Positions 1 through 13,382 of a stretch of DNA of 64,000 nucleotides are shown piece by piece; positions within the stretch are counted from its first letter, which is position 1, and each line of letters starts with the position of its first letter. The position numbers and the translations under genes were made by a program. A model generated the notes under the pieces. It saw only the letters and a program-made list of their open reading frames with translations, was not told the origin of the DNA and did no database searches. The stretch lies in NCBI GenBank assembly GCA_973895155.1, contig OZ316893.1, forward strand, positions 27,600,210 through 27,664,209, written 5' to 3'. Origin of the DNA: Marsupella aquatica. Its lineage: Eukaryota; Plantae; Marchantiophyta.

Positions 1-1671
1 CCTGTTTGCTCACTCCTTTGTTGGCTCTGCCAGCTCCACCTGTGTCTCACCCCACGCCCCAATTGCCAATTCAAAGCAACCCCGTGCACCAGACAAATTT
101 ACCAGTGTCCCACAGCCCTGTGCACCATAGAAATTGTCCGGTGCCCCTGGCCACCCAAGATGATGACAATGTGGTCATCACAGGAACATTGCAGACTCTC
201 TGGGTGTGGTCCCTCCTGCAACTTCGGAAAAAAGAAAATGTTACCCCTCGTAGCAAGTTTACCCCACAAAAGTGAAGGTTGGGGTTCTGTATAGAGAGCA
301 GCCCAGGAGTACTCCACAACAACCTAAGTGTGTACAGCTCATTGACTTAATACAGGATTCATCCCTGGGTTCTCCAAGATCCAATGATTAGCATCCTGGT
401 CCAAGGGTGCATATGTCTTGAAGAGATACTGAAAAAAATCAGTAATCATTGGGCCTTAGCGTGCATTTTGGTTATTGGAATTGCATATCAACTGTGTTGT
501 ATAGCACATTGGATCCAATGTTTAGCATTCAAAGGTGAATATGTCAATAGATACTGCAAAATATAATGATCATTGGGCTTGCTTTTTGACATATCATCCC
601 TGCTATATGCATATATTCTATCTTACTTATAAATCTGCAACTACAAGCTAGAGTTGGGACCTAGGCTTCTAGAATGAAGCCTCTAGACCGTAACTCCATG
701 GCTCATCATGTGGAATGATGAGAAAATTGATGTCTATGATGTATGTCATGTCAAATGATAATCATGACTGCTTTTTGTTATTATTTCTATTTATATTAAA
801 AATTGATCTCTATGGCCCCACCATATTACATGTGCATAAGTGGGATGTAGGATAGAAAAACTACTAGGGATGTGCATAGAAAAAAGTACTATGGTATGTT
901 ATGTCTGATTATTAAAATGATGCTATGCATGATTTTTTTTTATCATTTCATTAACCTTCAAAATATATGAATAAGGAATATATTTTGGTGACATTTTTAT
1001 TGTCCTCCCTGCTATTCACGTTCAAAGAACGGGTAGTTGGGGCTAGTATGTATAATATGCAATCCCGCCAAAATTGGCTCATCGTCTGCTTATGAAAAGC
1101 AAAAAGAGTGGGAGTAAATTCTGACCATCCATTAAAATCACAATTTATTCTCACCCTTGGATCAAACCAAAAGTACTTGCCCTGCCTCCATTGGCTGTCC
1201 TATTTGGACTGCATTGTGTATATACTCATAAGGTAGTATTTTGGTCCTGACTATACATAGTACATCAGAACCATTGTATTGTTGTGCCCTACTCTAGATG
1301 TTGGTACACTCTGCACAATGGCATCTTTGAGTCCATTGATCCAATATGCCCTTCTTCCCTAGAGGCTTGTACCCTTGTACAATGGTACCATCCTCACGTG
1401 TTATGGAAAGATAGGTACCAGAGGGTATTTACATGTCAGATGATTGTATAGTGTGCAAGGAAGGCACAAAATACTTAAAAATATTTACTTCCCAAGAGAG
1501 AAATGAATAGTACGCAGGGAAGGAGGGCCCTTGAGGGAAAGAGGACGGAGGATAATAAAAGGATATAAATAAAGGAAAGGAAAACAACAAAAATAGATAA
1601 GTTAGGGCAATGCAAAAAAAAGAAAAGTTAGGACAATGAGAGAAAGGGAGCTTTGATCTAATGGAAAAAAT

Positions 1672-2307
1672 TGTTAGGTATTTACTCAAGGTCTAGGGTT
1701 ACCACATGTAACCATAGTTAGGGTAACCATAGTTGGAGACATGGTTAAGTTAACTAGGATACTCGGGGGTTAACTAAGTGTATATTTTGGGGTACAACGT
1801 GTGATCCTAGCCTAATATAGATAGACCTATTTTATAAAGAAAATATCCCAAGAATATTCTCTATTTTTAATATTAATAACCTATTTTACTTTATAAAAAG
1901 TATATATTAGAGAATATTCTATGAACATGAGTTTATAATACCTTCTTTTGCCTCCTACGCTTTTTAAAAATTTAGTTAATTTATATCAAAAATACATATT
2001 TTGGATCGCACGTGGTTCCTAAGATTTTTGATAGTCAACCCCCCGAGCTAGGATGCACACTATGCCAAGCGGTGTTTGCTTGGATAAGCAAAACTCAGCC
2101 TTGTTGTTACAGAGCCAGTTGAGAGATAGGGAGAGCTTGTGCAATGGATGCTTGGTATGGCCGGTCGGCCTAAAGTGCTGTAAAGCTCTTGTGTGTTCCC
2201 ATGGACGTAGCCTCATGTAGAGGTGAACCACGTATCTCTCTATGTTGACTACTTGATCATTGAATGTGTCATGTGCTTACCGTTGTGATTGTCGTCTATG
2301 CTTAACA
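1672..2307 (+). mobile_element. Solo LTR of a Tork-like Ty1/copia family (contains a MITE)
   Basis: Starts TGTTAG and ends TTAACA, with 5-bp TSD AAAAT at 1667-1671 and 2308-2312. The segment 2100-2307 closely matches the reverse complement of the LTRs at 52041-52384 and 57517-57860 (e.g. GAGAGATAGG..AGCTTGTG..TGGATGCTTGGTATGGCC..GAACCACGTATCTCTC). Confidence 0.9.
1762..2047. mobile_element. MITE with CTCGGGGG termini and 8-bp TSD
   Basis: TIRs CTCGGGGGTTAACTA / TAGTCAACCCCCCGAG; flanking 8-mers CTAGGATA (1754-1761) and CTAGGATG (2048-2055); AT-rich non-coding interior; 286 bp. Confidence 0.85.
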
Positions 2308-2779
2308 AAAATGGCTAGGCTAGTATTTCTTTATTTATTGCCATAAATAAATTCCAAGCCAATATGTGCAAAGTTTTGCCAAAGCTCTTGCCGTAAGTGC
2401 CTTATTCTCTACCTATTTGCACCTTGCACCCTCAAGTTTTTAGTCTTTGTCTACAACATATCAATACACATTTTGTGCAATGACAATATTTTTGGATAGA
2501 TAATGTTTTTGGACACATAATTATAGGAGATGAAACCACATAGCATACCTTGCACCTGCCAAGCCCCACAGACCATTGTCTCTCTTGCGCTCCCTCCTGC
2601 CCTCCGGGGCCCTCGCCCTCCCAAACAACATTGATCATTTTCTCAACAACATCAACTCCTATATCCAATATGAAATAACAGCAAACTTAAACTTTTTGCA
2701 AATTTTGGGTTTGTTTTATTTTTATTTTTTTTAGCTTTCATTAAAGATCCCATTTTTTTGTTATCCAATAACTAAACTT

Positions 2780-3796
2780 CCAACTTTTTAAGGAAGAGCT
2801 CCTGCCCAACTCCTGCCCCTGGTCTAAATACCCATCTGAGTCTTTTGTCCCCTACTTTGTGTTCACTTGAATTGCATCATTTGATTACATAAAGTCCCGC
2901 ATAAAGTTATGTTCAATTTGAACAAGATATGCACAATGACAACACTTTTCACAATAAAATAATGATTGATGACCATTTGTCAAAATCCAATAAATTGCCT
3001 TTTTCCCAAACAGTGTGATCCACCCAAAAAGAACCAGTTAATCCCCTCATCCCCACCCTTCTAATTGCATGCACTCTCCATGCCAAATTCCCATTGTCTA
3101 ATTGAGTGTCTAATATTTACATATTTATCTCTTCTCCACATCTTTTCCCTGCCTTGACATCCTTTTCTTTTCTCGCCATCTTTTTCTCACCTTGACATCT
3201 TTATCTCACCAGGACATCTTGTTCTCACCCTCAAAATCTTTACTATCCTCAACGTATTTTTCTCTCCTCAAGACCTTTTCTCATGTTCACATCTTTTTCT
3301 TGACATTGTATCTTTTTCTCATCTTGCCATCTTTTTCTCACATTTACATCTTTATCTCACCACGACCTCTTTTCCTCACCCTCAACATCTTTTCGTCATC
3401 TTTACATTTTTTCTCACCTTGCCATCTTTTCTCTTCTTGACATCTTTTTCTCACCTCGACCGGGACCTCGACGTCTTTTCTCTTCTTGACATCTTTTTCT
3501 CACCTTGACATCTTTTCTTTCCTTGACATCTTTTATCACCTTGACATTTTTTTCTCTTCTTGACATCTTAGTTTTATCACCTCGACATCTTTTGCTCACT
3601 TCAACATCTTTTATCACCTTGACATCTTTTGCTCACCTTGATATCTTTTGTCACCTCAACATCTTTTTTCTCCTTGACATACGTCTTTTATCGCCAGTCC
3701 TTGGTCAACACCTTTTATCTCCTTGACATCTTTTATCAACTCGGCATCTTTTATCACCTCGATATCTTTTGTGCAACGCACGGGCATAGGGTTTAA
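2780..3796 (+). mobile_element. Non-autonomous Helitron remnant (5' boundary uncertain)
   Basis: Ends with the Helitron-type 3' hairpin GTGCAACGCACGGGCAT (3771-3787), preceded by the CACCTYGACATCTTT minisatellite. The segment 2800-2950 is homologous to 14455-14597. Confidence 0.65.
3130..3770. repeat. Degenerate ~17-20 bp minisatellite (CTCACCTTGACATCTTTT)
   Basis: About 30 visible degenerate tandem copies; the same unit recurs at 14795-14942 and 15388-15535. Confidence 0.9.
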
Positions 3797-4559
3797 TTTA
3801 ATATAATACCTTATCCTGCCAAAAGTGGATGTAGTCCATCTACAAAAATCACTTTTGGAGGTAAGATTCCAATACCCTTGGATTTATAAGCCCTTTTATC
3901 ATAGCCTTTCATTTGTCAAAAACAATATCTCTAACCCTAGCAAGACAAAGTATTTTGGTATGCACAAAGATTCTCTAAGAAGGGGGCATGATGGCATAAG
4001 CTTTATGTGAATGTCATGTGTTGCCATTGGAATGGGGGCACTTGGGACACCATTATTAGAGAATATGGACTAGGAGACATAAAGGTCAAAGTAGGGAGGG
4101 GAATTAATAATACACCCATAGATGAAGGGATGAATAGTATCCTACCCTCCCATAAGTACAAGATAGGGGATGAGACAAAGTGGAACAAAGGAAGGTAAAA
4201 ATAAATATAATAATAATAATAACTAAGGCAATAAGAGAGAAAAAGGACAAAAGGGACACCCTTGCCTTTCATTGGGTATTTTTAGCAGGGGAAGGGGGAG
4301 AAGGGAGAGGCAGCCCAAGAGAAATGGGGGAGAGGAGGCAATGAGGTGGAGGGGGGTTGTCACCCTCCACCTAGGGTTGTGTAAATGTGCATCCTTCTGT
4401 TGTCCTCACCTATCTCTCTTATCACTTAAGATCAGGAGAGTTCACTCCCATTTCAGGTTCATTTGCACGACACACGGTCCTCACTACCGGACCTTGTACG
4501 CATTGCGTTTCCTTCTTTTTAGGAGCCTGTTTAGGAGTTTAATTATCCTTGGACCCTCT

Positions 4560-5717
4560 CCGTCTTCAGGCTGACCTTGTTGAGCATATGTACACTTTCA
4601 CCCTCTGTTGCATCCTTGCCGAGGCACCTGAAACAGACCAAGCTTGGATTCTTAATTTCTTCTAGCTGGAGGGGAAAAGCGCTGGAGGGTGGCTTCAGGC
4701 CAATCCGACCATCCCCCATCTGCGGATGTCTTATAACCATAGGAGTTCTCCACATTCTTCTTCATCTGGGACTACCCCATCCTCTTCTTGTAGGTCTACC
4801 CACTTCATGCACATGTGGGAAGCCTTATGATGCCACAAGGGCCCATCTTCTTTGATGCAGTTTGGGAGGCAAAACCATAGTGGTTCATGATGCTGTGAGA
4901 GATTGATGCTACTGCTCAAGTTCTCTTTGGGTCTTGGGTACACATGCGGAGGGAGGTCATGCTTGAGCTACTTGGTCCTCCACTGACTACGGGTTGATCT
5001 GACCATGGTGCATGATGGTCGGCGTACATTAGCGGATCGATGTTGTGGTAGGAAATCCTTTGTGTCAGGACCTCATTCAGTTAGCAGCGGCATCCCAGGC
5101 AGCCACAACAAAGGAGGCAAAATATGTTGCTTGAGCTTCATTGGATTCATTCCTCTCCCTTGCTATTGAGATTTTTGGGCGTCTTCATCATCAGTTTGAT
5201 GGACTTCTTTGATAGGCTGCTCATGACATTCACGGTCGGATGGGTCCCTCTGGACCCACTATCCATCTTGACCACGCATTTTCATCAGCACATTTCAATG
5301 GCCTTATAGCGTGCCCAAGTTTGCACCATTTATCTTCGATCCCTCACAGGAGGACCCACTGTGCCTCCACCGACACTCGCCCCCCTATAGGACATTCTTG
5401 TCTCACTTGCTTATTTAGTTAGGACATTAGATGTGACCTATTAGCTCTTGTCACACTTTCCAATGTGGACACTGTCTAGTAGCTGCGTTCACACTCATGC
5501 ACTGATTGACACTCTTCCCTTTATTTTCTTCAGTTTTTAGGTTTGCACTTGCTTTCTTTTTCTTTGTTTGGTTTTTGTCCTCTTTGGACCTGGTTTTCTT
5601 TGGACCACTTTTTCTTGGCTTTCATTGTACTTTGTTTTTTTTTTCCTGGTATAGAAACTATGGTGACTTGTTGAAAGTAAAATTACATTTTTTTAACTAT
5701 TTAAAAGAAAAAAAACT
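4560..5717 (+). mobile_element. 3' fragment of a CRE-like (RLE-type) non-LTR retrotransposon, degenerate
   Basis: Across frames it reads GWLQANPT..LHLGLP..CTCGKPYDATRAHLL*CSLGG..VHDAVRD (CCHC knuckle), then RIDVVVGNP..AATTKEAKY..FIP (restriction-like endonuclease). An A-rich tail lies near 5703-5716. Confidence 0.65.
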
Positions 5718-7003
5718 TTAGCATTCATTTGCACAAGCCTTCATGGCAATTGGTGGGTCACATAGAAAGGGCTGAAAGGTGACTGTACATTGTCTTTGTT
5801 TAGAACACCACCTTTGTCTACTGAACTCTTTCGGATTGTGTAGCCTAGCCTTTCCATAAATTCCATTGGTCATACGCTCAAAAGATAAACTTTAGGCTAA
5901 AAATGGACGTCCACTCACTTGTAAGGCGCGCCCTCCTCGTACCCACCATGAGGATGGTATCAATAAATTGTCACGTTCTACACGCCTTAGAAAAGCCATC
6001 CTCAATAGGCTAGTATCAACACATAAAGTATACACGAACGTCACGTTTGACACGCCTTACAATAAACCATTCCAAATGCACTTCTTACTAACTTACTAAC
6101 AGTACTTAGTCTTCCACACTCTATTTAGTGTGAGATTATGTTTAGTGTAGGGGATGTTAAACATTGTATGTAACACTGTCTAGTAGGGTTTGATACTAAT
6201 TATGAGCACAAGTCAAATAATCTCACACACATTTATGTTAAAAACCAGAATGTGAAATACTTAAAATTTGCATATAGAAATAGTACCAATGTGCACATTA
6301 TATAGCAAAGGTTTCTAAATTCTCATATACTACTGAAACATACCCTTTAGCAAACTCCTGAGACTTATAACCAGTTTGTTATTGAACAAAACTATTGGAA
6401 TTTTGGGCTTGCTGGAAAGAGTTATTTGACTCACTTCTATCAGACAATAGATAACACTTAAAATTGAAGACTCTCTATTGCTGGTTGTCTCACAGAAGCC
6501 ATGAACTGACATCATGCTCCTGAAGCCTCTTTGAAACCTGCCCCATCTCAGAGAAACGAAGCCAGCTTTGAAAATTCACATAGGTTGTGTTACTCTATGC
6601 AAATTGAGGATGCTGCTCTCATTGGAAAGCACATCTATTGGTGGTTGTAGTGATATTAGGAGTTGGAATTATTGTCCAATAATCAGGGGGAAATCAAAGG
6701 TCCATGGTTTGAAATTGCACAAAATCTATAAAATATTCAAGAATATACAATGGACTCTGGAAATTGGTAGGTGCATTGATGCTTGAAAATTGGCAATGCT
6801 AAGTTTGTTGGAAAACACATCTCTAGATGCTTCTAATGGTACAGGGAGTTTTATCAACAATGAGAGACAATTAATAGGAGATAGATTGTTAACTGGTTGC
6901 CTGACGATATAATACTTTCTTTGATACAGTTGATTTTTTTCAATACATGAAGCTTTCTAGTACAATGAATACAAACAAAAGGAGATGCAAATTACATATA
7001 AGT

Positions 7004-7138
7004 TGTTATACCCTAACTAGGATTAGATATCTTAACCCGAGTTAAGATCTAACCAAGATCTAACTCAACTACCTCATGTATATATATTGGACACATGAAT
7101 AAGATTCATTACATTGTTGGAGTATATGGTTTGTAACA
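7004..7138 (+). repeat. 5' LTR of Bianca element
   Basis: TGTTATACCC...TTGTAACA; identical to 13248-13382. Confidence 0.95.
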
Positions 7139-7139
7139 T

Positions 7140-7151
7140 GTTATCAGCACG
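7140..7151 (+). promoter_or_regulatory. Primer-binding site (half tRNA-Ile type)
   Basis: GTTATCAGCACG lies 1 nt after the 5' LTR. It is not the usual TGGTATCAGAGC and is complementary to the anticodon arm of tRNA-Ile(IAU) as recalled; typical of Bianca. Confidence 0.7.
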
Positions 7152-8281
7152 AATGCTAAACCATAAGGGGAGATCCAAAGAGTTTTTCCCAAAAGATGAG
7201 CACTTTTGGCCACATTTGAGGGCCATTTCTCGATAGAAACCTCGAGTGGAATGATATGGGCCTCTGTTCGTCTATGGCTTGAGAACGATAGACCACCATC
7301 AAGAGATCTTGTGAGCCAGCCAGCAATAGGCAAACAGTAGGACCATAGAGACAGAACGAAAACAGAAACACGAAGGGCCAGCCGCAGTCTAATCCGAAGG
7401 AATTGAAACGAAAGGAAATCGGCAGAAGAGTAGAACTTCTTGAAACCCACAGCAACTCAAGACAAATCCTGCAGACGACGCATAGCACACACGAAGGAAC
7501 GATAGTGCCAACTCAACACGAAGACCAAGCCCCGGACAAAGCAACGAGGCGTCGTTCCGCAGATAGCACCACACAATCCAGACACAACTCAGACACAATT
7601 CGACGCTCGCCGCATGTAGCCACTGAATTCACAATTCGACGCTTCGCCGCCTGTAGCCACTGACTCCCGGACCCACACTTGAGACAGCGCAGCGTTGAAA
7701 CAAGACGAAACGAAACAGAAGATCGATAAGGACTTCATTGGCACACCATCCCTCACCGAATTGAAACCACCCGTATAGGGACCCTGACTGAAGTCAAAGC
7801 GGATCGATCCCACACAAGAAGAGCAGAATAAAGAAATACACAGAAATTGCAGAGAAGACTCCGAGAGATAAAATGCGAACACAGAAGAGTCCCAGGCAAA
7901 TTAACACACTGAAGAGAGCCGAAGGAATTGGGTTCAAGAAAAAAAAAAGCAGCACCATCCACAGAGAACGAAAGAAGACCTGAGCAATAGAGCACCGCAG
8001 GACTGAGAGAGAAAGACCAAGCACACCATAGCGAAGAGAGCAAACGCGAGCCCCAGACCGAAAACGTACAAGCAAGGGCAGCGACCCCCAATTCTCCTTT
8101 CCACCCACCTAAGAAGGAAGAATCCAATCATACTGGGACCAAACCTGAAGAATAGTGAATACCAAAAGAAAGGAGCAAGCGAAGCTGATCCACCACAAAA
8201 TAATAGCTAAGTGCAAAACTCCATTGAACCCTCCTTAATTGCATACATTTACAAGGTGAACCCATATTAGCCCAAGATGGC

Positions 8282-11200
8282 ATGGAGAAACTATTATTCC
8301 CAGCACTAAGAATTGACGGGAAGAACTATAATGATTGGACAATAGACGTGGAGGTTAACCTCACCGCAAAAAGAATCCCAGAAACAATACATACCGACAT
8401 TGGGGTGGACCAATACCAGAAGGCCCAAGCATTAGTCCTACTAAGACACCACTTAATAGAACCATTAAAACATCAATATAAGACGATATAAAACCCAAGG
8501 CTCCTATGGGATGCATTGAAAGAGAGATTTGAACACATAACAACTATAAACTTACCAAATGCGCTACAAGCATGGGTAACCTTAAGAGTGCAAGATTTCA
8601 AAACGGTAGACTTATACAATAGCGAGATGTTCCGCATCTCGAACGAACTCCAAATGTGCGGTGAACCAGTGAATGATAAACAACAAATCGAAAAGACACT
8701 AGCAACATTTCACCCTACAAACTTAGTAATCTCAAACCAGTATAGAAACATGGCATTCACTAAATACTCAGCACTAATAGCACACATGCTCTTGGCAGAA
8801 CAAAACTCAATCCTACTCATGACAAATGCAAAGGATAGACCCCCGGGTACACTCCCAATACCTGCCACCACTGAGACGAACTTAATTATAAACGAGAAAC
8901 TGAGAGAAGCTAACTTGACCACACCTTATGATAGAAATACAAGTAAATTCAGGGGGAGAGGCTCATATAGGGGAAGAGGAATGAAGGGAGGATGATCGAA
9001 CTACTCCTACAGAGGAGGACCCAGAGGAGAATTCAGCAACCGCGGAAGGGGCCGTGGAAGAAACAATTTCCCCGGAAGGACCACATGGAAACGAGGCCGC
9101 AACGACTACCAAGAGAAGCCAAGAAACAACTCAAACAGCTCAATCACATGCTTCAGGTGCGGTACAAAAGGTCACACCAAAAAGGTATGCCATGCCCCAG
9201 CCCATCTTGTGAAACTCTACAAACAAAGTTTAGATGGATCAAAACTTGAAACCCATGGAGTTTACCTGGAATCACCTGAGATTATACCAGAAATTTATAT
9301 GGTAGACCCCCCACCTGAGCTAGAGGATATAGATGTATGCATTATAGACAGCGGTACATCACACACCATCCTCCGAAATAGAAAATATTTCCATGAAATT
9401 ATCCCTTCCCAAAGACAAATAATCACTATAACCGGAGAAAGCCAAATAGAAGAAGGTCACGGAAGAGCCACCTTAACTCTCCCTGGAGGCACAATAATTA
9501 GATGCCCATAAGCCATATATGCCCCCAAAGCAAGAAGGAACCTTCTGAGTTTCCAAGATATTAGAGCCAACAACTACCATATCCAAACAAACATCCAAAA
9601 CTTACAAGAAGTACTGCAAATAACATCACACTCACCAGGAGGGATAATCATTAGAGAAACCATCTCGACCCACCCTTCAGGGTTCTACATCACCCAAAAC
9701 CAATGTTGTAACCTAGGGGTCGAATCCAAAGATATCACCGAGACATGGCACATGAGATTGGGACACCCAGGAACCAGCATGTTCCATAGGATAGTCAACA
9801 ACTCAACAGGAATACCAAAGACCTGTCACCCAAGGTCATTCCAAAAACCATGCATTGCCTGCTCCCAGGGCAAGATGATTACCGCCCCCTCCATCCCAAA
9901 AACCGAAAACCATATCCCCGCATTCCTTGAGAGACTCCATGCGGACGTATGTGGACCAATCGACCCACCAAGTGGACCATTTTGATACTTCTTGGTAGTG
10001 ATAGACGCCAGTTCTAAGTGGTCCAGAGTATCCTTATTATCAACCTGCAACCTAGTCTTCCCCAGAATCCTTACACACATCTTAAGACTAAGGTCACAAT
10101 TCCCTGAAAATCCAATTAGAACCCTTAGAACTGATGGAGCTGGTGAATTCACTTCTAGAACCTTTGATGACTTCTGCACAATAAATGGAATTGACTCCCA
10201 ACATAATGTACCCCATGTCCACTTCCAGAATGGACTAGCGGAGTCACTTATTAAACGTATACAACAGATTGCTAGACCACTATTAATGCAATCATCACTC
10301 CCAACATCAGCATGGGGCCATGCAGTATTACATGCTGCAACCCTACTCCTTTATAGACCATCAGCCTTTAACAGCAACACACCTTATCACCTAGCTTTCG
10401 GGCAACCACCAAATATCTCACACCTAAGAATATTTGGATGCCAAGTCCTCATCCCCATACTAGGTCCTCATAGAACCAAAATGGGACCACAACGGAGGAA
10501 AGGCATCTATGTAGGATTTGACTCAACATCTATCATACGATACATGGAACCTACAACCACTGACATATTCAAAGCCCGTTTCAGCGATTGCCATTTCTAT
10601 GAAAACATTTTCCCAACCATTAACACGCAAGAGGGAAAACATAAGTCATACACCAAAACACTCACATGGCAAGCTTCCCCGGCACTTTGCCCAGATCCTC
10701 GAACTAACCAAACTGAACTAGAAGTCAATAGGATACTTCAATTAACCAAGATCATGGAGTCCTTACCCGACTCATTTGCTGATGCTACACATGTAACTAA
10801 ATCCCATATACCAGCGGCTAATACACCATCCCGCATACAAGATCAGAGACTATCCTCTGACACACTCCCACAACTCAAAAGAGGGAGACCACTAGGAGCA
10901 GTCGACAAACAACCTAGAAACAAGCGTAGACCTCCTACACCAACCAACCATACGAGACCACCATCCCAACCAGAGATAGCCATTAACTACAACTCCACTG
11001 GTAACATACTAGATAGAATGATGATCAACCCTGATCTCATATTTGCCTCTCATGTAGCAAATGATATTAACAACCTACCAGATCCCAAATCACTGACCGA
11101 AGCACAAAAACAAATAGATTGGAGCAAATGGCAAGAGGCCATGAACTCCGAATTAGACTCCTTGATATCTAGAAAAGTCTTTGGACCTATAACCGTAGCT

Positions 11201-12879
11201 TCCCCAGACCAACACCTCACGGGATATAGGATGACATTTGTTAAAAAGCGAAACTCACAAGGAGAAATACTAAGATATAAAGCTAGGCTGGTCGCTAAAG
11301 GCTACACACAAGTTTATGGAACTGACTATGCCCTGACATACTCACCTGTCATGGACGTCACCACATACCGCTATTTGATAGCATTTGCTATACACAACAA
11401 ACTGCTAATGCAACAAATGGATGTTGTTACCGCTTACCTTTATGGTAAACTGGACAACGTGATTTATATGGAAGCCCCGCCTGAACTCATTGAGAGAGTA
11501 AACTTCCATGCAAATTCAAAACATAATCCACATATGCACAATGATAATAGTGCAAAATCATTTGACTATATGAACAAATTGGTACTCCACAATGCTTCCA
11601 AAGCAATTGCATTACAAGAACCAAGAAAGGATCATAAGGCAACCGGAGCAAAGACCCGGTATGCAGTTCAAGTCCTTAGTTCCCTTTACGGACTCGAACA
11701 GAGTGGACGTACATGGTACCACAGATTCAAAAATCAAATGATATCCATGGGATATAAGAATTCTGAAATAGCTCCTTGCTTATTTATAAAGCATGAAGGA
11801 CCTGAATTCATAATCATCGCTATATATGTTGATGACCTCAACCTCCTTGGTACAAAAAAGATGATGAATGAGTCAATGCAAACACTAAAAAGCGTATTTG
11901 AAATGAGAGACATGGGCAGAACTTCTTATTGCATTGGACTCCAATTTGAACATTTGGAAAAGGCATTCTTTTACACCAAACTACTTACACAAAGAAAACA
12001 TTACAACAATTCAGAATGAATATGTTGAAGCCTGTTAAATCCCCCATGGACATCCGTACCCTTGATAAGGATAAGGATATGTTTAGAAAAAGAGAAGAAT
12101 TCGAACCTATATTAGGTTCAGATATGCCATACCTTTCGGCTATCGGTGCTCTTATGTTTTTATCTAATCAAACAAGACCAGACATAGCATTTTCTGTCAA
12201 CCTACTGGCGAGACATAGTTCTCAACCCACTATAAGACATTGGAACGGGCTAAAACGGATTTTCAGATACCTTAATGGTACATCCGACCTCGGCCTATAT
12301 TTTCCTAATGAGGATAACCATAAGTTGAAAGGATATGTTGACGCCGGATACCTTTCTGATCCACATGACAGTAGATCTCAAACAGGATATATATTCTTAA
12401 TGGGATCAACACCAATATCTTGGAGAAGTACTAAGCAAACACTTGCAACCACTTCTTCAAACCATTCAGAAATTATTGCCCTTTATGAGGCTACTAGAGA
12501 ATGTTTATGGCTAAGGCAAGTAATAGACCATATTCTTATTCAAACAGGTAAACAAAACTTAACCATGCCTACAACTATATTTGAAGACAATATGTCATGC
12601 ATCACTCAAATCAAATCAGGATTTATAAAAGGTGAACGCACAAAACATATTGCACCCAAGTTCTTTTTCTCACATGAACAACAAGGAAAAGACATCGACA
12701 TACAATGGATTTCAGGAGACAAGAACCTGGCCGACATCCTAACAAAATCTCTACCCCCATCTACTCATAGAACACTAACTCACCTCTTGGGGATGCGAAG
12801 TCTTAAGAAACTGATGCAGGATTCTAACATTGAGGGGGAGAATGGATTTTTCTACAACAACACTATTGAAGAAGAATGA
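8282..12879 (+). pseudogene. Disrupted gag-pol polyprotein of Bianca copia
   Basis: Gag, zinc knuckle CFRCGTKGHTKKVC (~9148-9190), protease CIIDSGTS, integrase WHMRLGH..CIACSQGK and DGAGEF..NGLAE, RT YKARLVAKG..YVDD, RNase H DAGY..EIIAL..ADILTK. Stops at 8489, 9509 and 9983; frameshifts near 8990 and 11960. Confidence 0.92.
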
Positions 12880-13247
12880 CTACTTACTATGAAGAAGCAA
12901 ACCATCAATACTACCACAAAGGAGATCAAGACATCCTCAAGAACACCAATAACTCAAATACAGTACAATGAAGACAATGGAGACAACAACCTCCATGGAG
13001 CCTAACAACATAGAAAACACAAATAAAACCAATATTGTACTCTAGACCTAACATACATACAAAATAGATCATACAAAAGAGATGGAAGGTGGCAATACTC
13101 TTTCCTTCCATGATGTTAGTAGGGAAGGTTTTAATGAGACTGCACCTCCATCATCTCACAATATAACATAGGTAGAAGATATCTAACTGATAGCAACTTA
13201 GATTGGTCGTTATAATTTCATCAAAAACTATAACACCCAAGGGGGAG

Positions 13248-13382
13248 TGTTATACCCTAACTAGGATTAGATATCTTAACCCGAGTTAAGATCTAACCAA
13301 GATCTAACTCAACTACCTCATGTATATATATTGGACACATGAATAAGATTCATTACATTGTTGGAGTATATGGTTTGTAACA
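13248..13382 (+). repeat. 3' LTR of Bianca element
   Basis: Preceded by the PPT and followed by TSD TAAGT. Confidence 0.95.

Larger units (their letters stand above)
7004..13382 (+). mobile_element. Full-length Ty1/copia LTR retrotransposon, Bianca lineage
   Basis: Identical 135-bp TG..CA LTRs (7004-7138, 13248-13382), TSD TAAGT (6999-7003, 13383-13387), PBS GTTATCAGCACG, PPT CAAGGGGGAG (13238-13247). Domain order gag-PR-INT-RT-RH, with Bianca-type motifs (DGKNYNDW; FLERLHADVCGPIDPPSGPF; DASSKWS). Confidence 0.95.

Noticed and set aside
6-1430. Short ORFs at the window start
   Set aside because: No recognisable domain; cannot be supported as genes.
3192-3726. Hydrophobic or basic ORFs
   Set aside because: Artefacts of the CACCTTGACATCTTT minisatellite.
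5919-6062. Possible small element with TTGTAAGGCG/CGCCTTACAA inverted ends
   Set aside because: Only a 10-bp inverted match and no TSD.
6330-7003. Possible decayed gene interrupted by the Bianca insertion (continuing at 13388-13600)
   Set aside because: Many stops and no recognisable motif.
7109-8131. Many overlapping short ORFs in the Bianca leader
   Set aside because: Purine-rich 5' UTR with no recognisable protein.
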